Assembly: GCA_964291295.2 (NCBI GenBank)
Contig: OZ219754.1
Span: 32,001-96,000, forward strand
Direction of reading: 5' to 3'
Length of the DNA stretch: 64,000 nucleotides
Origin: an uncultured Candidatus Binatia bacterium
GTDB taxonomy: Bacteria > Desulfobacterota > Binatia > UBA9968 > JAJDTQ01
Below are positions 1 to 8,689 of the stretch, piece by piece. Positions within the stretch are counted from its first letter, which is position 1. Each line of letters begins with the position of its first letter. The notes beneath the pieces are model-generated. The model was given only the letters and a program-made list of their open reading frames with translations, had not been told where the DNA came from and did not search any database. A program made the position numbers and the translations under genes.

Positions 1-2
1 TT

Positions 3-593
3 TCGGGCTTCGCCGCGCAATGGCGGCCCGCCGACCTGTCGGCGGTCGCCCTGCAGGCCGCCTGGCTCACAGAGCCGGACAGCCTGCTGGGCAGTTCCGC
101 TTCCGGAGCCTTCGGGCGGCTCGCGGGCCACACCGCTTTTCTCTCGGCCCGGCTGGAGGCGGACGGACCTCCGGGATGGCGACTGACGGCTCAGGGAGAA
201 CTGGGCGCCGTGCGTCTGGACTCCATCGGCGGGCCGTTCATCCGTGATATCTCCACATTGCGCACCAGCGCCTTTCGCGTGGCCGCCGCCCACATCCTCT
301 CTCCCGCCGGCGCAACCGTGCGCTTCGCCGTGGCGCAGCCGATCCGCGTCACGGATGGGGTTGCGCTCCTCCATCTGCCCACAGGCCGTACCGTTGACGG
401 ACGGGTGGCCGGCGAGACCGTCGGCGTCGAGCTTGCACCGACCGGCCGCCAACTTGACTTGAGCGCGCGGATCGACCACTCCCTGGCTGGCGGTGTGCTC
501 ACCCTCGAGTCCGTCTGGAGCCGGCAGCCCGGCCACCGGACGGACTCGCCCTCGGAATGGACGGTCCGGTCCGCATGGAAGAAGCAATTCTGA
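3..593 (+). CDS. C-terminal part (5'-truncated by window edge) of a probable S8 peptidase/autotransporter-like outer-membrane protein
   Basis: Frame is open from the window start (..WLTEPDSLLGSSASGAFGRLAG..) to ..WTVRSAWKKQF*. It has amphipathic beta-strands and a terminal Phe typical of beta-barrels. The paralogous remnant at 25.7-26.3 kb retains a YGQGLLDL S8 tail. Confidence 0.6.
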   Translation, partial: SGFAAQWRPADLSAVALQAAWLTEPDSLLGSSASGAFGRLAGHTAFLSARLEADGPPGWRLTAQGELGAVRLDSIGGPFIRDISTLRTSAFRVAAAHILSPAGATVRFAVAQPIRVTDGVALLHLPTGRTVDGRVAGETVGVELAPTGRQLDLSARIDHSLAGGVLTLESVWSRQPGHRTDSPSEWTVRSAWKKQF

Positions 594-791
594 TGCGGAC
601 GCCGGAGCACGGGTGAAGCAGCGTAACCCGCCGCAGTTCGGTGCCGTCGATGCCCGGGGCCGTTGGGTGACCAACGGTCTTTCAAGACCGGCAACCTGCG
701 GGAACTCGTCAAGTCGCTCGAACTTCAGGGCCGGCGACGTTGGATCGAGTTGTGGCTGCCGTCGTGGAGCGGACCCGCGCGCGTGGCGCCG

Positions 792-1151
792 TCACGCCTT
801 CTTGTCGTAGTAGCGCAACTCGAAGGTGATGCAGCCGTGGGGGCTCTTGTAGGGTCCGTGCACCATGCCCGGCGGGCGGCAGCCGTACATGCCCTTGGTG
901 AACTCCTGGCCCAGGCGCGTGTCCACCAGGCTGCCTTCGACGATGATGACCTCTTCCCAGAAGTCATGCACGACGGTCTCGTCGGTTTCCACGCCGGCCG
1001 GGAAGTTGACCATGCGGGTGTAGTTCCCCGTTTCCGGATCCTCGCTCAGGATCTTCTCGGTGATCCCTTCGGCGGTGGCTCCTGAACCTGCGCCCACCGG
1101 GCGCCAGTCGATGGTGCCGGTGTCGAAAAACTCTCTCTCTTGCTTCGGCAT
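792..1151 (-). CDS. Cupin domain protein (ChrR-like)
   Basis: HDFWEEV..GSL..G.YGCRPPGMVHGPY cupin motifs; GGAGAG-type RBS upstream. Confidence 0.8.
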   Translation of the reverse strand: MPKQEREFFDTGTIDWRPVGAGSGATAEGITEKILSEDPETGNYTRMVNFPAGVETDETVVHDFWEEVIIVEGSLVDTRLGQEFTKGMYGCRPPGMVHGPYKSPHGCITFELRYYDKKA

Positions 1152-1163
1152 CTCTCTCCTCCG

Positions 1164-1976
1164 TCAGACTGTGGGGCAGTCGATCAGAACCCGGTCGTTG
1201 AAGGCCGGGAAGGTGGATCGGATCTCCGGGATCCGGTCCAGGTCCAGGTCCGCACGCACGACGCATTCGCCGTCGCCGCCGGCGGCCAGGGGCGTCCCCC
1301 AAGGGTCGGCCACCGTGCTGTGGCCGACAAAAGCCTTGCCCCGGTTGCTGCCGGTACAGTTGCTGGAAACCAGGTAGACCTGGTTCTCCAGGGCACGGAC
1401 GCGGTTCAGCAGCAGCCAGGCCTCGAGCCGGGGATAGGGCCAGGCCGAGGCCACCAGGAAGACTTCGGCCCCGGCCACGGCCATCTGGCGGTAAAGCTCC
1501 GGAAACCGCAGGTCGTAGCAGGTCGACAGGCCGAACTTTCCCAGCTCGGTATCCACCACCGCCGGCGCCTCGCCCCGCGCCAGCAGCCGCGCCTCCTCCG
1601 ACTGGTACCCGAAGAGATGGATCTTGCGATAGGTCCCGGCGATCTGGCCCTGCCGGTCGATGAGGACGCTGGTGTTGTAGCAGGCGCCTCCGTCCTCCTC
1701 CACGATGCTGCCGCCAAAGAGGAAGCAGCCCTTGGCCGCGGCCTTCTCCCGCAGCATGGACACGGTGGGGCCGGACAGGCGCTCGCTCTGCGCGCGGTAG
1801 TCTTCGAAGGCGAAGTAGCCGACGTTCCAGATCTCCGGCAGAAGGACAAGGTCGGCGTCCTCCAGGCCGTCGATGAGGGCCGCGGCGCGGCGGAGGTTGG
1901 AGTCCTTGCCGCCGTCGTCCATGCCCATCTGAATGGATGCGACGCGGATCCGTCGTTCTTGAGGGTCACTCACCAT
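1164..1976 (-). CDS. Carbon-nitrogen hydrolase (nitrilase/amidase family)
   Basis: Catalytic triad motifs LPE, YRKIHLF, TCYDLRFPE and RALENQ; start set at MVSDPQ. Confidence 0.9.
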   Translation of the reverse strand: MVSDPQERRIRVASIQMGMDDGGKDSNLRRAAALIDGLEDADLVLLPEIWNVGYFAFEDYRAQSERLSGPTVSMLREKAAAKGCFLFGGSIVEEDGGACYNTSVLIDRQGQIAGTYRKIHLFGYQSEEARLLARGEAPAVVDTELGKFGLSTCYDLRFPELYRQMAVAGAEVFLVASAWPYPRLEAWLLLNRVRALENQVYLVSSNCTGSNRGKAFVGHSTVADPWGTPLAAGGDGECVVRADLDLDRIPEIRSTFPAFNDRVLIDCPTV

Positions 1977-2016
1977 GGGCCTCGAATGTCGGCGTTCCAC
2001 GGCCGGAGGGCCGCGT

Positions 2017-2742
2017 TTACGCGAGCCAGTCCACCGGGCGTATGCGGTAGCGGAACGACAACTCGCGCCCGAGGACGTCGTCGGAAAGGCAGCCCTCGAA
2101 GGTGGGCGAGAACAGCAGTGCACCGCCCAGGCTGGGCATGGTGCCCATGTACAGCACCATGCCGTCCAGCGACCCGTCCGTCACCACGGATCTCACTCCG
2201 CGGAGGAAGTCGTCAACCGTCAGGAAGTCGCCCAGGGATCCTTCCTGGTAGAGCGTCCGCCGTCCCTCCACCTCTATCCAGCTCCGGAGCTGCAACCGCT
2301 CCCAGTGGGGCGCCACCTCCGCGAGCTTCCACACCTGGCGGGACAACACCTTGGGGCAGATGACCTTGGACTTGGCGATGCTCGCCTTCTCCAGCTCCCG
2401 GTCCGTGTGATCGCTGCCCACGCCGATGTAGACCTGGTCTCCCCGGAACAGGAACACCACCTCCACCTCGCCGGAAGTGTCGCCGCCCAGCACCTCGATC
2501 TCGTCGTCGGTGGTGACCCGATCCCGCGTCACCGCGAAGTACGCGGGGATTCGGTCCGGTGCGGCAACGCCGTGGGCCTTGAGCTCCTCCACGTGCTTCA
2601 TGGCCCCTTCCCGGTTCCGGCCGGTGAACCCGGCGTCCAGGATCCGCGCCACCGGAAACTCCAGGTCCGAACGGCCGCCGTCGGCCGCGGCCACTGTCAG
2701 ATGCAGCGTGCGCACGTTCGTTTCTCCCGTTGCCCCGAACAC
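2017..2742 (-). CDS. DUF2848-like (FAH-fold) protein
   Basis: AGFTGRN..HVEEL..TSGEVE..GVGSDHTDRELE..SKVICPK signature. Confidence 0.75.
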   Translation of the reverse strand: MFGATGETNVRTLHLTVAAADGGRSDLEFPVARILDAGFTGRNREGAMKHVEELKAHGVAAPDRIPAYFAVTRDRVTTDDEIEVLGGDTSGEVEVVFLFRGDQVYIGVGSDHTDRELEKASIAKSKVICPKVLSRQVWKLAEVAPHWERLQLRSWIEVEGRRTLYQEGSLGDFLTVDDFLRGVRSVVTDGSLDGMVLYMGTMPSLGGALLFSPTFEGCLSDDVLGRELSFRYRIRPVDWLA

Positions 2743-2772
2743 CGTGCGGGCGCGGGCGGTGCGAGGTCCGCC

Positions 2773-3771
2773 CTACGATGCGAAATGGGGCGCAATCTTT
2801 TCCGCAATGAGATGCAGCTGCTCGATGTCCGGGCCCGCGGGCTGCAGGGTGACGTGGTCCAGCCCGGCCGCCTCCAACACCTTCAGCTTGGCCACGATCT
2901 GGTCGATGCTGCCGACCATGTAGCATTCCTGAAGATGTTCCCAGCTCCGGTTGCTGCCCATCATGCGCTCGATGTGAGGCCGCTGGAGCCGCAGCGCCTC
3001 GTCCGGGTCCCGGGTGTCCACGACATGGATGGCCTGGACGTGGGCGAAGCCCAGGGTGGCGGGATCCCGCCCTTCCGACTTCAGAAACGCGCTGACGGTC
3101 TCGAAGTCCCGACGGACCCATTCGAGCTTTCCCGAGGCGCGGCAGGTGAAGACATCGGCGTGTCTGGCGATGCGCCGCATCACGGTCTTCACCATATAGG
3201 GCTTGTCCGGGGACAGCCGGTCGGGGATGCGCGAACCGCCGGCAACCCAGACTTCCGGGTATCGGGGCGGCATGGGATCGATGGTGACGTCGTCGAACTG
3301 GAAGAACTCGCCCTTGAAGGAGACATGCCTCTCGGTCAGCAACCGCTTCACCGCGTCCAGGATCTCGTCGGTACGGCGCCCCCGCTCCCGCAGGTCGATG
3401 CCCATGGCGTCGAACTCGGGCTTGCTCCAGCCCGGCCCCACGCCGAAGAAGAACCGCCCGCCGGATATGTAGTCCAGGGTGGCGATCTCCTTGGCCAGCA
3501 GCACGGGGTGCCGCAACGGCAGCACCAGGATGTGGGTGCCCAACCGGATGCGCTCGGTGCACGCCGCTGCCGCCGATAGGCAGATGAGCGGATCCATCCA
3601 CGAGCCGCCGTAAAGGCCCGGGGCGTCCGTAAGGTGATCCCACACGGTCAAGGACTCGAACTTCAGCTCCTCGGTCTGCCGGGCGTAGTCCTGCACCACG
3701 GTGTGCGCCATCCGGTAGTCCATGTCCGGCCAGGCGTAGGTGGGGATGGTAATGCCAAGCTTGAGACTCAC
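2773..3771 (-). CDS. LLM-class flavin-dependent oxidoreductase (luciferase-like)
   Basis: WDHL..DPLICLSAAAACTERIRLGT..PLRHPVLLAKEIATLDYISGGR; GTG start with AAGGAG RBS. Confidence 0.9.
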   Translation of the reverse strand: MSLKLGITIPTYAWPDMDYRMAHTVVQDYARQTEELKFESLTVWDHLTDAPGLYGGSWMDPLICLSAAAACTERIRLGTHILVLPLRHPVLLAKEIATLDYISGGRFFFGVGPGWSKPEFDAMGIDLRERGRRTDEILDAVKRLLTERHVSFKGEFFQFDDVTIDPMPPRYPEVWVAGGSRIPDRLSPDKPYMVKTVMRRIARHADVFTCRASGKLEWVRRDFETVSAFLKSEGRDPATLGFAHVQAIHVVDTRDPDEALRLQRPHIERMMGSNRSWEHLQECYMVGSIDQIVAKLKVLEAAGLDHVTLQPAGPDIEQLHLIAEKIAPHFAS

Positions 3772-3775
3772 ATAG

Positions 3776-3856
3776 GCTCCTTCAGCTTTGCTCCTTCAGC
3801 TTTGCTCCTTCAGCTTTGCTCCTTCAGCTTTGCTCCTTCAGCTTTGCTCCTTCAGC
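3776..3856. repeat. Perfect 14-bp tandem repeat (GCTCCTTCAGCTTT) x5.8
   Basis: Read directly: units start at 3776, 3790, 3804, 3818, 3832, with a partial unit at 3846. It is followed by GCGGCTTGCGGCTCGA x2. Confidence 0.97.
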
Positions 3857-3893
3857 GGCTTGCGGCTCGACGCGGCTTGCGGCTCGATCCCGA

Positions 3894-3972
3894 ACAGTTA
3901 GAAAGACTGGCCGGCAATGTCAAGGACGCGGGGCGCGGGCGCTTTGACACACCGCCGGAACTGAAGTAGGCC
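3894..3972. promoter_or_regulatory. Candidate divergent sigma70 promoters
   Basis: Minus strand TTGACA-17-TAACTG; plus strand TTGACA(3944)-17-TAGGCC. Both -10 boxes are weak. Confidence 0.35.
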
Positions 3973-4007
3973 TTCGGCTCAAGAGAGGAAGAGAGGAGAG
4001 GCGATCC

Positions 4008-5045
4008 ATGGCAAGCGTTCCGATCATCGACGCGGACGGGCACATTCTCGAAGACAACGACGAGCTCGAGAAGTATTTCGAGGGCCCTTACGAAGGCCAT
4101 CGGCGGCACAAGGTCTTCGGCCTGTTCCCGTCGCTGGACGGCTGGCCCCGGGGCGCCGTCAAGGGGCTCCGGAAAGCCAGCCGGACCTCACCGGAGAACT
4201 GGCTGGAGTTCATCGACGGAGCCGGCATCGAGGCGGCGGTGCTCTATCCCACCGCGGGGCTGGCCTTCGGCCTGATCCAGGATCCAGACTGGGCCTGCGC
4301 ACTGGCCCGGGCCTACAACAACTGGTTCCACGACAAATATGCCCGGACCAGCCCGCGGCTCAAGGGCGTCGCGATCCTGCCGGTGCACGACGTGCCGCGG
4401 GCGGTCGAAGAACTGCGCCGCGCGGTGACCGGGCAGGGAATGGCCGCTGGCCTGCTGCCTGCGGTCAACGTACTCCACAAGGGGTTCGGTCACTCCGACT
4501 TTCACCCGCTCTACGAGGAAGCGCAGCGCCTGGACTGCCCGCTGGCGATCCACGGCGGCCCGAGTCAGGGGCTCGGGTTCGACCACCTCCGGACCATGTC
4601 CATGATCCACACCCTGGAGCACCCCATCGCCCAGATGATCCAGATGACCAGCATGGTGCTGGACGGCGTGTTCGAGCTCTTTCCGAAGCTACGGGTGGGC
4701 TATCTGGAGGCCGGCGCCGGCTGGGTGCCCTACATGATGGAGCGCATGGACGACAAGTTCCACGTGGACCGCAAGCGCAGACACTTCCCGCTGAAAAAGC
4801 CCCCCAGCGCGTATATCCGGGAAGGCAATGTCTTCTTCACCTGCGAACTGGACGAGAAGGTTCTCGACGTGGTGGCGCGGGAACTGGGCGAGGACACCCT
4901 GATGTACCCGTCGGACTATCCGCACGAAAAGGCGGTGTCCGAGTTTGGCGCCGACATCCCCGCGTTCCTGGAGCGCCCCGATCTGTCCGGGGGACTGAAA
5001 CGGAAGATCCTGTACGACAACGCCAAGCGGTTCTACGGAATATAG
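4008..5045 (+). CDS. Amidohydrolase family 2 protein
   Basis: IDADGHILE, AYNNW, AIHG, LEAGAGW, SDYPH, ILYDNAKRFY motifs. Confidence 0.9.
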   Translation: MASVPIIDADGHILEDNDELEKYFEGPYEGHRRHKVFGLFPSLDGWPRGAVKGLRKASRTSPENWLEFIDGAGIEAAVLYPTAGLAFGLIQDPDWACALARAYNNWFHDKYARTSPRLKGVAILPVHDVPRAVEELRRAVTGQGMAAGLLPAVNVLHKGFGHSDFHPLYEEAQRLDCPLAIHGGPSQGLGFDHLRTMSMIHTLEHPIAQMIQMTSMVLDGVFELFPKLRVGYLEAGAGWVPYMMERMDDKFHVDRKRRHFPLKKPPSAYIREGNVFFTCELDEKVLDVVARELGEDTLMYPSDYPHEKAVSEFGADIPAFLERPDLSGGLKRKILYDNAKRFYGI

Positions 5046-5092
5046 CCCGCGCTTCGGCGGACTCGCTTCGGGCGGACTCGAAAACCGCCTCC

Positions 5093-6550
5093 CTATCCCT
5101 CCGGCCGCTGGCCCAGGCGAACCGAGAGGTCCGGCCGCCGGATGAAGATCTGGCTGGTCGCCGCACGCTCGGTGAGCGACCTGACCAGCCCCACGAGACT
5201 GCCGCCGTTCCGGGTCCGGGCCGGCGCCTGCCGCATGGCGCGCACGTCCTCTTCGGAGGTGAAGTAGCGCAGCAGCAACTCGTCGTCCGACACGCCCGGG
5301 CCGCCGATCTTCTCCCGCAACTCCTTGACCGAGCTTTCCGGGGGCCGCCAACTCTTGAGCTCTCTGGCCCGCGGCCGGTCCAGAATCCGGTCGCGGACGT
5401 CCGGGTCCATTGACGAGCACTCCTCCTCGCCCCACCACCCCATCGCGTACAGGATCACCTCATCGGTGACCTGCCGGTAGCGCTGGCCCAGGATCACGTT
5501 GATGGCGCACTGGCTGCCGACGAACTGGGAGTATGGCGTCACCATGACGGGATAGCCGAACTCCTCCCGCACGCGGCACGCCTCTTCCAGCACCTCGCCG
5601 AGCCGGTCCCCCATGCCGATGCCGGCGAGCTGGTGGCGCAGGTTCGAGATCATTCCACCGGGAACCTGGTGCAGGAAGTGGTACGCATCGTAGGGAAGCG
5701 GCGCACCCAGGGGCAAGCCTTCCTCCTGCGCCACCCGGGTGAAGTGCTCCGATACCGGCCGAAGGCCCTCCTCGTCGATGATCGGCGTGTAGCCCAGGGC
5801 GCGGGCGTTCCGGGCGATGTGGAACAATGACGGGTTGGACGAACCATCCGACAGCGGCGGCAGCGCCGCATTGATGATGGGGATGCCCGCCTTGATGGCG
5901 TCGAGGGTGCACAGCGGCCCGAGACCGCTGTTGCAGTGGGTGTGGAACTCCACCGGAATTCCGCCGGCGTTCTCCAGCACCACCGGCGCCAGCGAGCGTG
6001 TGCGGTCCGGCGTCAGCAGGCCGCCGGGGTCCTTCAGGCAGATGCGCTTCACCGCCAGCTTCGCCGCCGCGCGGGTCCGCGCCGCGTAGTATGCGTCGGT
6101 GTGCTTGGGCGAAATGGAAAAGATCAGGTTGACGATGCTCTCCAGTCCCGCCTCGGCGGCCGTCCGGACCTGATCGGCCCACACCGCCGGGGTATTGGAA
6201 GGGTCGGAGGTCCGCGCCTCGCTGATGCCGTTGGCCGCCAGCCGCTGGAGCCAGAGCTGCTGCACGGCCGGAGGGGTGTGCTGAAAGGCGGCCATGTAAC
6301 GGTTTCGGATGAGCCGCAGCGGCGTCCGGGGACTCTTCGCCTTGACCCGCCGTATGCGCTCCCAAGGATCGTCCTTGAGCTCGCGCACGCACTTCTTGAA
6401 GAAAGCCGAGGCAATGATCTCCATGCCCAGGAATCCCGCCGCGTCCATCCTTGAGGCCACCGGCAGGATCATGTCCGTCCGAATCCCCATGGCCCAAAGG
6501 CTCGACGGACCATCACGAAGCGTCGTGTCGACGAAATGGATATCCCTCAT
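5093..6550 (-). CDS. Pyruvate carboxylase subunit B / oxaloacetate decarboxylase alpha-like carboxyltransferase (no biotinyl domain)
   Basis: DTTLRDG, CLKDPGGLLTP, HTHCNSG, HQVPGGMISNL, GYPVMVTPYSQFVG motifs. Confidence 0.85.
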   Translation of the reverse strand: MRDIHFVDTTLRDGPSSLWAMGIRTDMILPVASRMDAAGFLGMEIIASAFFKKCVRELKDDPWERIRRVKAKSPRTPLRLIRNRYMAAFQHTPPAVQQLWLQRLAANGISEARTSDPSNTPAVWADQVRTAAEAGLESIVNLIFSISPKHTDAYYAARTRAAAKLAVKRICLKDPGGLLTPDRTRSLAPVVLENAGGIPVEFHTHCNSGLGPLCTLDAIKAGIPIINAALPPLSDGSSNPSLFHIARNARALGYTPIIDEEGLRPVSEHFTRVAQEEGLPLGAPLPYDAYHFLHQVPGGMISNLRHQLAGIGMGDRLGEVLEEACRVREEFGYPVMVTPYSQFVGSQCAINVILGQRYRQVTDEVILYAMGWWGEEECSSMDPDVRDRILDRPRARELKSWRPPESSVKELREKIGGPGVSDDELLLRYFTSEEDVRAMRQAPARTRNGGSLVGLVRSLTERAATSQIFIRRPDLSVRLGQRPEG

Positions 6551-6646
6551 GCCGGGGAGCATACCGAATCGGAGACACCATGGACAGGGTGAGTCTTGTC
6601 CAATGCTAAGAGAGCCTGAAGCAGGGGTGTCGGGGATCATCAGGAG

Positions 6647-7260
6647 ATGATCGTGACACTTCGAACGGAACGTCTTGGGACTATCGAGCAGGTCGCGGCC
6701 TTCGTCGAGGCGAGCGAGCCTGTAGACTTTCACCCGACCGAGCGAGCGACACCTGCGAGTTCGTGAAGCGGACCCTGGTGCGGCTCGGCTACAGTGGGAT
6801 GGACAAGCCGTACAAGGCGCGGGTGAAGCGCTTTCTGGAGAAGACCACCGGCTACTCTCGCGCGCACGGCTGATTCGCCCGTACCGCAAGACCGGTCGGG
6901 TCGTGGACCGACGCCAGGGCAACGGCCCTTCGCCCGGGTCTGATCGCCGGCAGACATTCGGCTACTGGCGCGGGTGGACGAGGACCTGGGCCAGATCTCG
7001 GGCTTGGTCACGCGGGTGGTGCTGCAGCGCGATTTCCACCTCTTCGGGGACATACGCTTCGAGCGGCTGGCGGGGATATCGGCGAGCCACCTCTACGTGG
7101 CTCCCCGCATCCAACGGAGACAGCGCACGGTCGTCGTCGGCACCCGTGCCGGGGCCGTGGGCGAACGACACGCCCCGCACGGCCCGCCTTCCTGCGCGTG
7201 AACACCGTCCACCAAGGCGACCGCGGCGGTGCCAAGGGCGTCTACCGGATCAAGATGGAA
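6647..7260 (+). pseudogene. Degraded integrase-core (DDE) transposase of an IS element
   Basis: Frameshifted pieces: MIVTLRTERLGTIEQVAAFVEASEPVDF / EFVKRTLVRLGY..RFLEKTTGYSRA / DIRLLARVDEDLGQISG..FERLAGISASHLY / FLRVNTVHQGD (usual D replaced by N). Truncated after this point. Confidence 0.7.
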
Positions 7261-8023
7261 TACGGCTGGCGGAGGCCAGGCCAGCGGCGGACCGCGTCGG
7301 GCCGGCAGGACGTCCGGAACAATCAACCGCGCTGGCGGCGGTCGGCGAAGATACCGAGGCTGCGCCAGCTCCAGATATGCACCCCGCAATGCCGCAGTTT
7401 GACCCCCGTCGCGATGATGATATCGTCGCGGGCCGGGTGCATCTCCTCAGCGCCTTCGCGGTGACGATCGTGCCCGGCCCTTGCGTGCCGTGCCGCCAGA
7501 CTGGACGGGAACGATCTCGCCGTTCGCGAGCGAGCGGAACCGCTCCACGACATAACGGTCGTCGTCGAGACCGCCTCCGACGAAATGGATGAGATAGGTG
7601 CGCGCGTCGCCGCGCGGTGCGATTGCTGCCTGCATCGTGCCGTGCTCCTTCGACAGGTGAATGGGAACAGCGGCAGCGCCCCCCTCCGTCCGGAGCGCCG
7701 AACGCCGCCCTGCTCACGGCCAGACCTCTCCTCCTGCCGGTGGGAGGCGCGTGGATGGAGGCAACGGCGGGACTGCCATGCAGCGGACAGGATCGCGGCG
7801 CGAGTTGAAAAGCCACACCGGGCATCATAAAAGGAGGAATGAAGGCGGATGTACGCGAGGCTCCACACCCGTCATGGTCATGACCGTCATTTGCCTGTCC
7901 TCCTCAAGATGGTTCTGCGAAGTCTTTTGTGAGGAGAGACCCGCCGCCGGTTTATGCTTGACGTAATGCGGATGTCGCTGCCTGGACGCGCGCCGTGCGG
8001 CCGCAGCGGGAACGTGAATTGTC

Positions 8024-8305
8024 GTGATCGTCGGCTTCGCTGACAGGAAAACCGAGGCGTTTTACGAGGGCCGCCGGGTAGCGGCCTTCTCCAGCTTTGC
8101 CCGCACCCCTTCGCACAAGCTCGACCAGCTCGATGCCGCCATCGTGCTGGGCGACTTGGCGCGGCCCGGCAATCGACTGAAGGCGCTCAAAGGTCGGCGC
8201 AGGGGACAATGGAGCATTCGCATCAACGACCAGTGGCGGATCTGCTTCAAATGGCCCGAGGGCAGTTCCGGGCCGACCGAAGTTGAAATCGTCGACTACC
8301 ATTGA
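8024..8305 (+). CDS. higB: HigB toxin (RelE/ParE family, plasmid maintenance killer)
   Basis: PGNRLKALKG.R.GQWSIRINDQWRICFKW..VEIVDYH. Confidence 0.92.
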   Translation: MIVGFADRKTEAFYEGRRVAAFSSFARTPSHKLDQLDAAIVLGDLARPGNRLKALKGRRRGQWSIRINDQWRICFKWPEGSSGPTEVEIVDYH

Positions 8306-8321
8306 AAGGAGGAAACAGGAC

Positions 8322-8633
8322 ATGCGTGAACCCATCCATCCCGGCGAAACGCTGCGTGAGGACCTCGCGGCGCTCGGCATGAGCGCGGCGGAGTTGGCGC
8401 GACGCATCGAAGTGCCGGTAAATCGCATCACCGAGATTCTTAACGGCCGGCGGTCGGTCACGGGCGATACCGCCCTGCGCTTGGGGCGCTTTTTCGGCAC
8501 CTCGGGCGAGTTCTGGCTCAATCTCCAGAAGCTCTACGAGCTGCGGAGTGCGGAACAGAAGAACGGGGCGAAGATCGCCCGGCTGAAGCCGCTGGGACCG
8601 GAATCGGATATCCAGCCGCATGCGCTCACTTGA
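8322..8633 (+). CDS. higA: HigA antitoxin (XRE HTH)
   Basis: PIHPGETLRE..RITEILNGRRSVTGDTALRLGRFFGTS.EFWLNLQ..YEL; AGGAGG RBS. Confidence 0.92.
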   Translation: MREPIHPGETLREDLAALGMSAAELARRIEVPVNRITEILNGRRSVTGDTALRLGRFFGTSGEFWLNLQKLYELRSAEQKNGAKIARLKPLGPESDIQPHALT

Positions 8634-8689
8634 ACCGCCGCCCCCCACCGCCGCGGTCGAGGAGTCGTGATGCATCAGGACCCCGGGCC

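Noticed and set aside
594-790. Protein-like fragment (FKTGNLRELVKSLELQG) after the first gene
   Set aside because: Short, no credible start, runs antisense into the cupin gene, and cannot be assigned.
3776-3856. Possible CRISPR array
   Set aside because: Units are contiguous 14-mers with no spacers, and there are no cas genes in the window.
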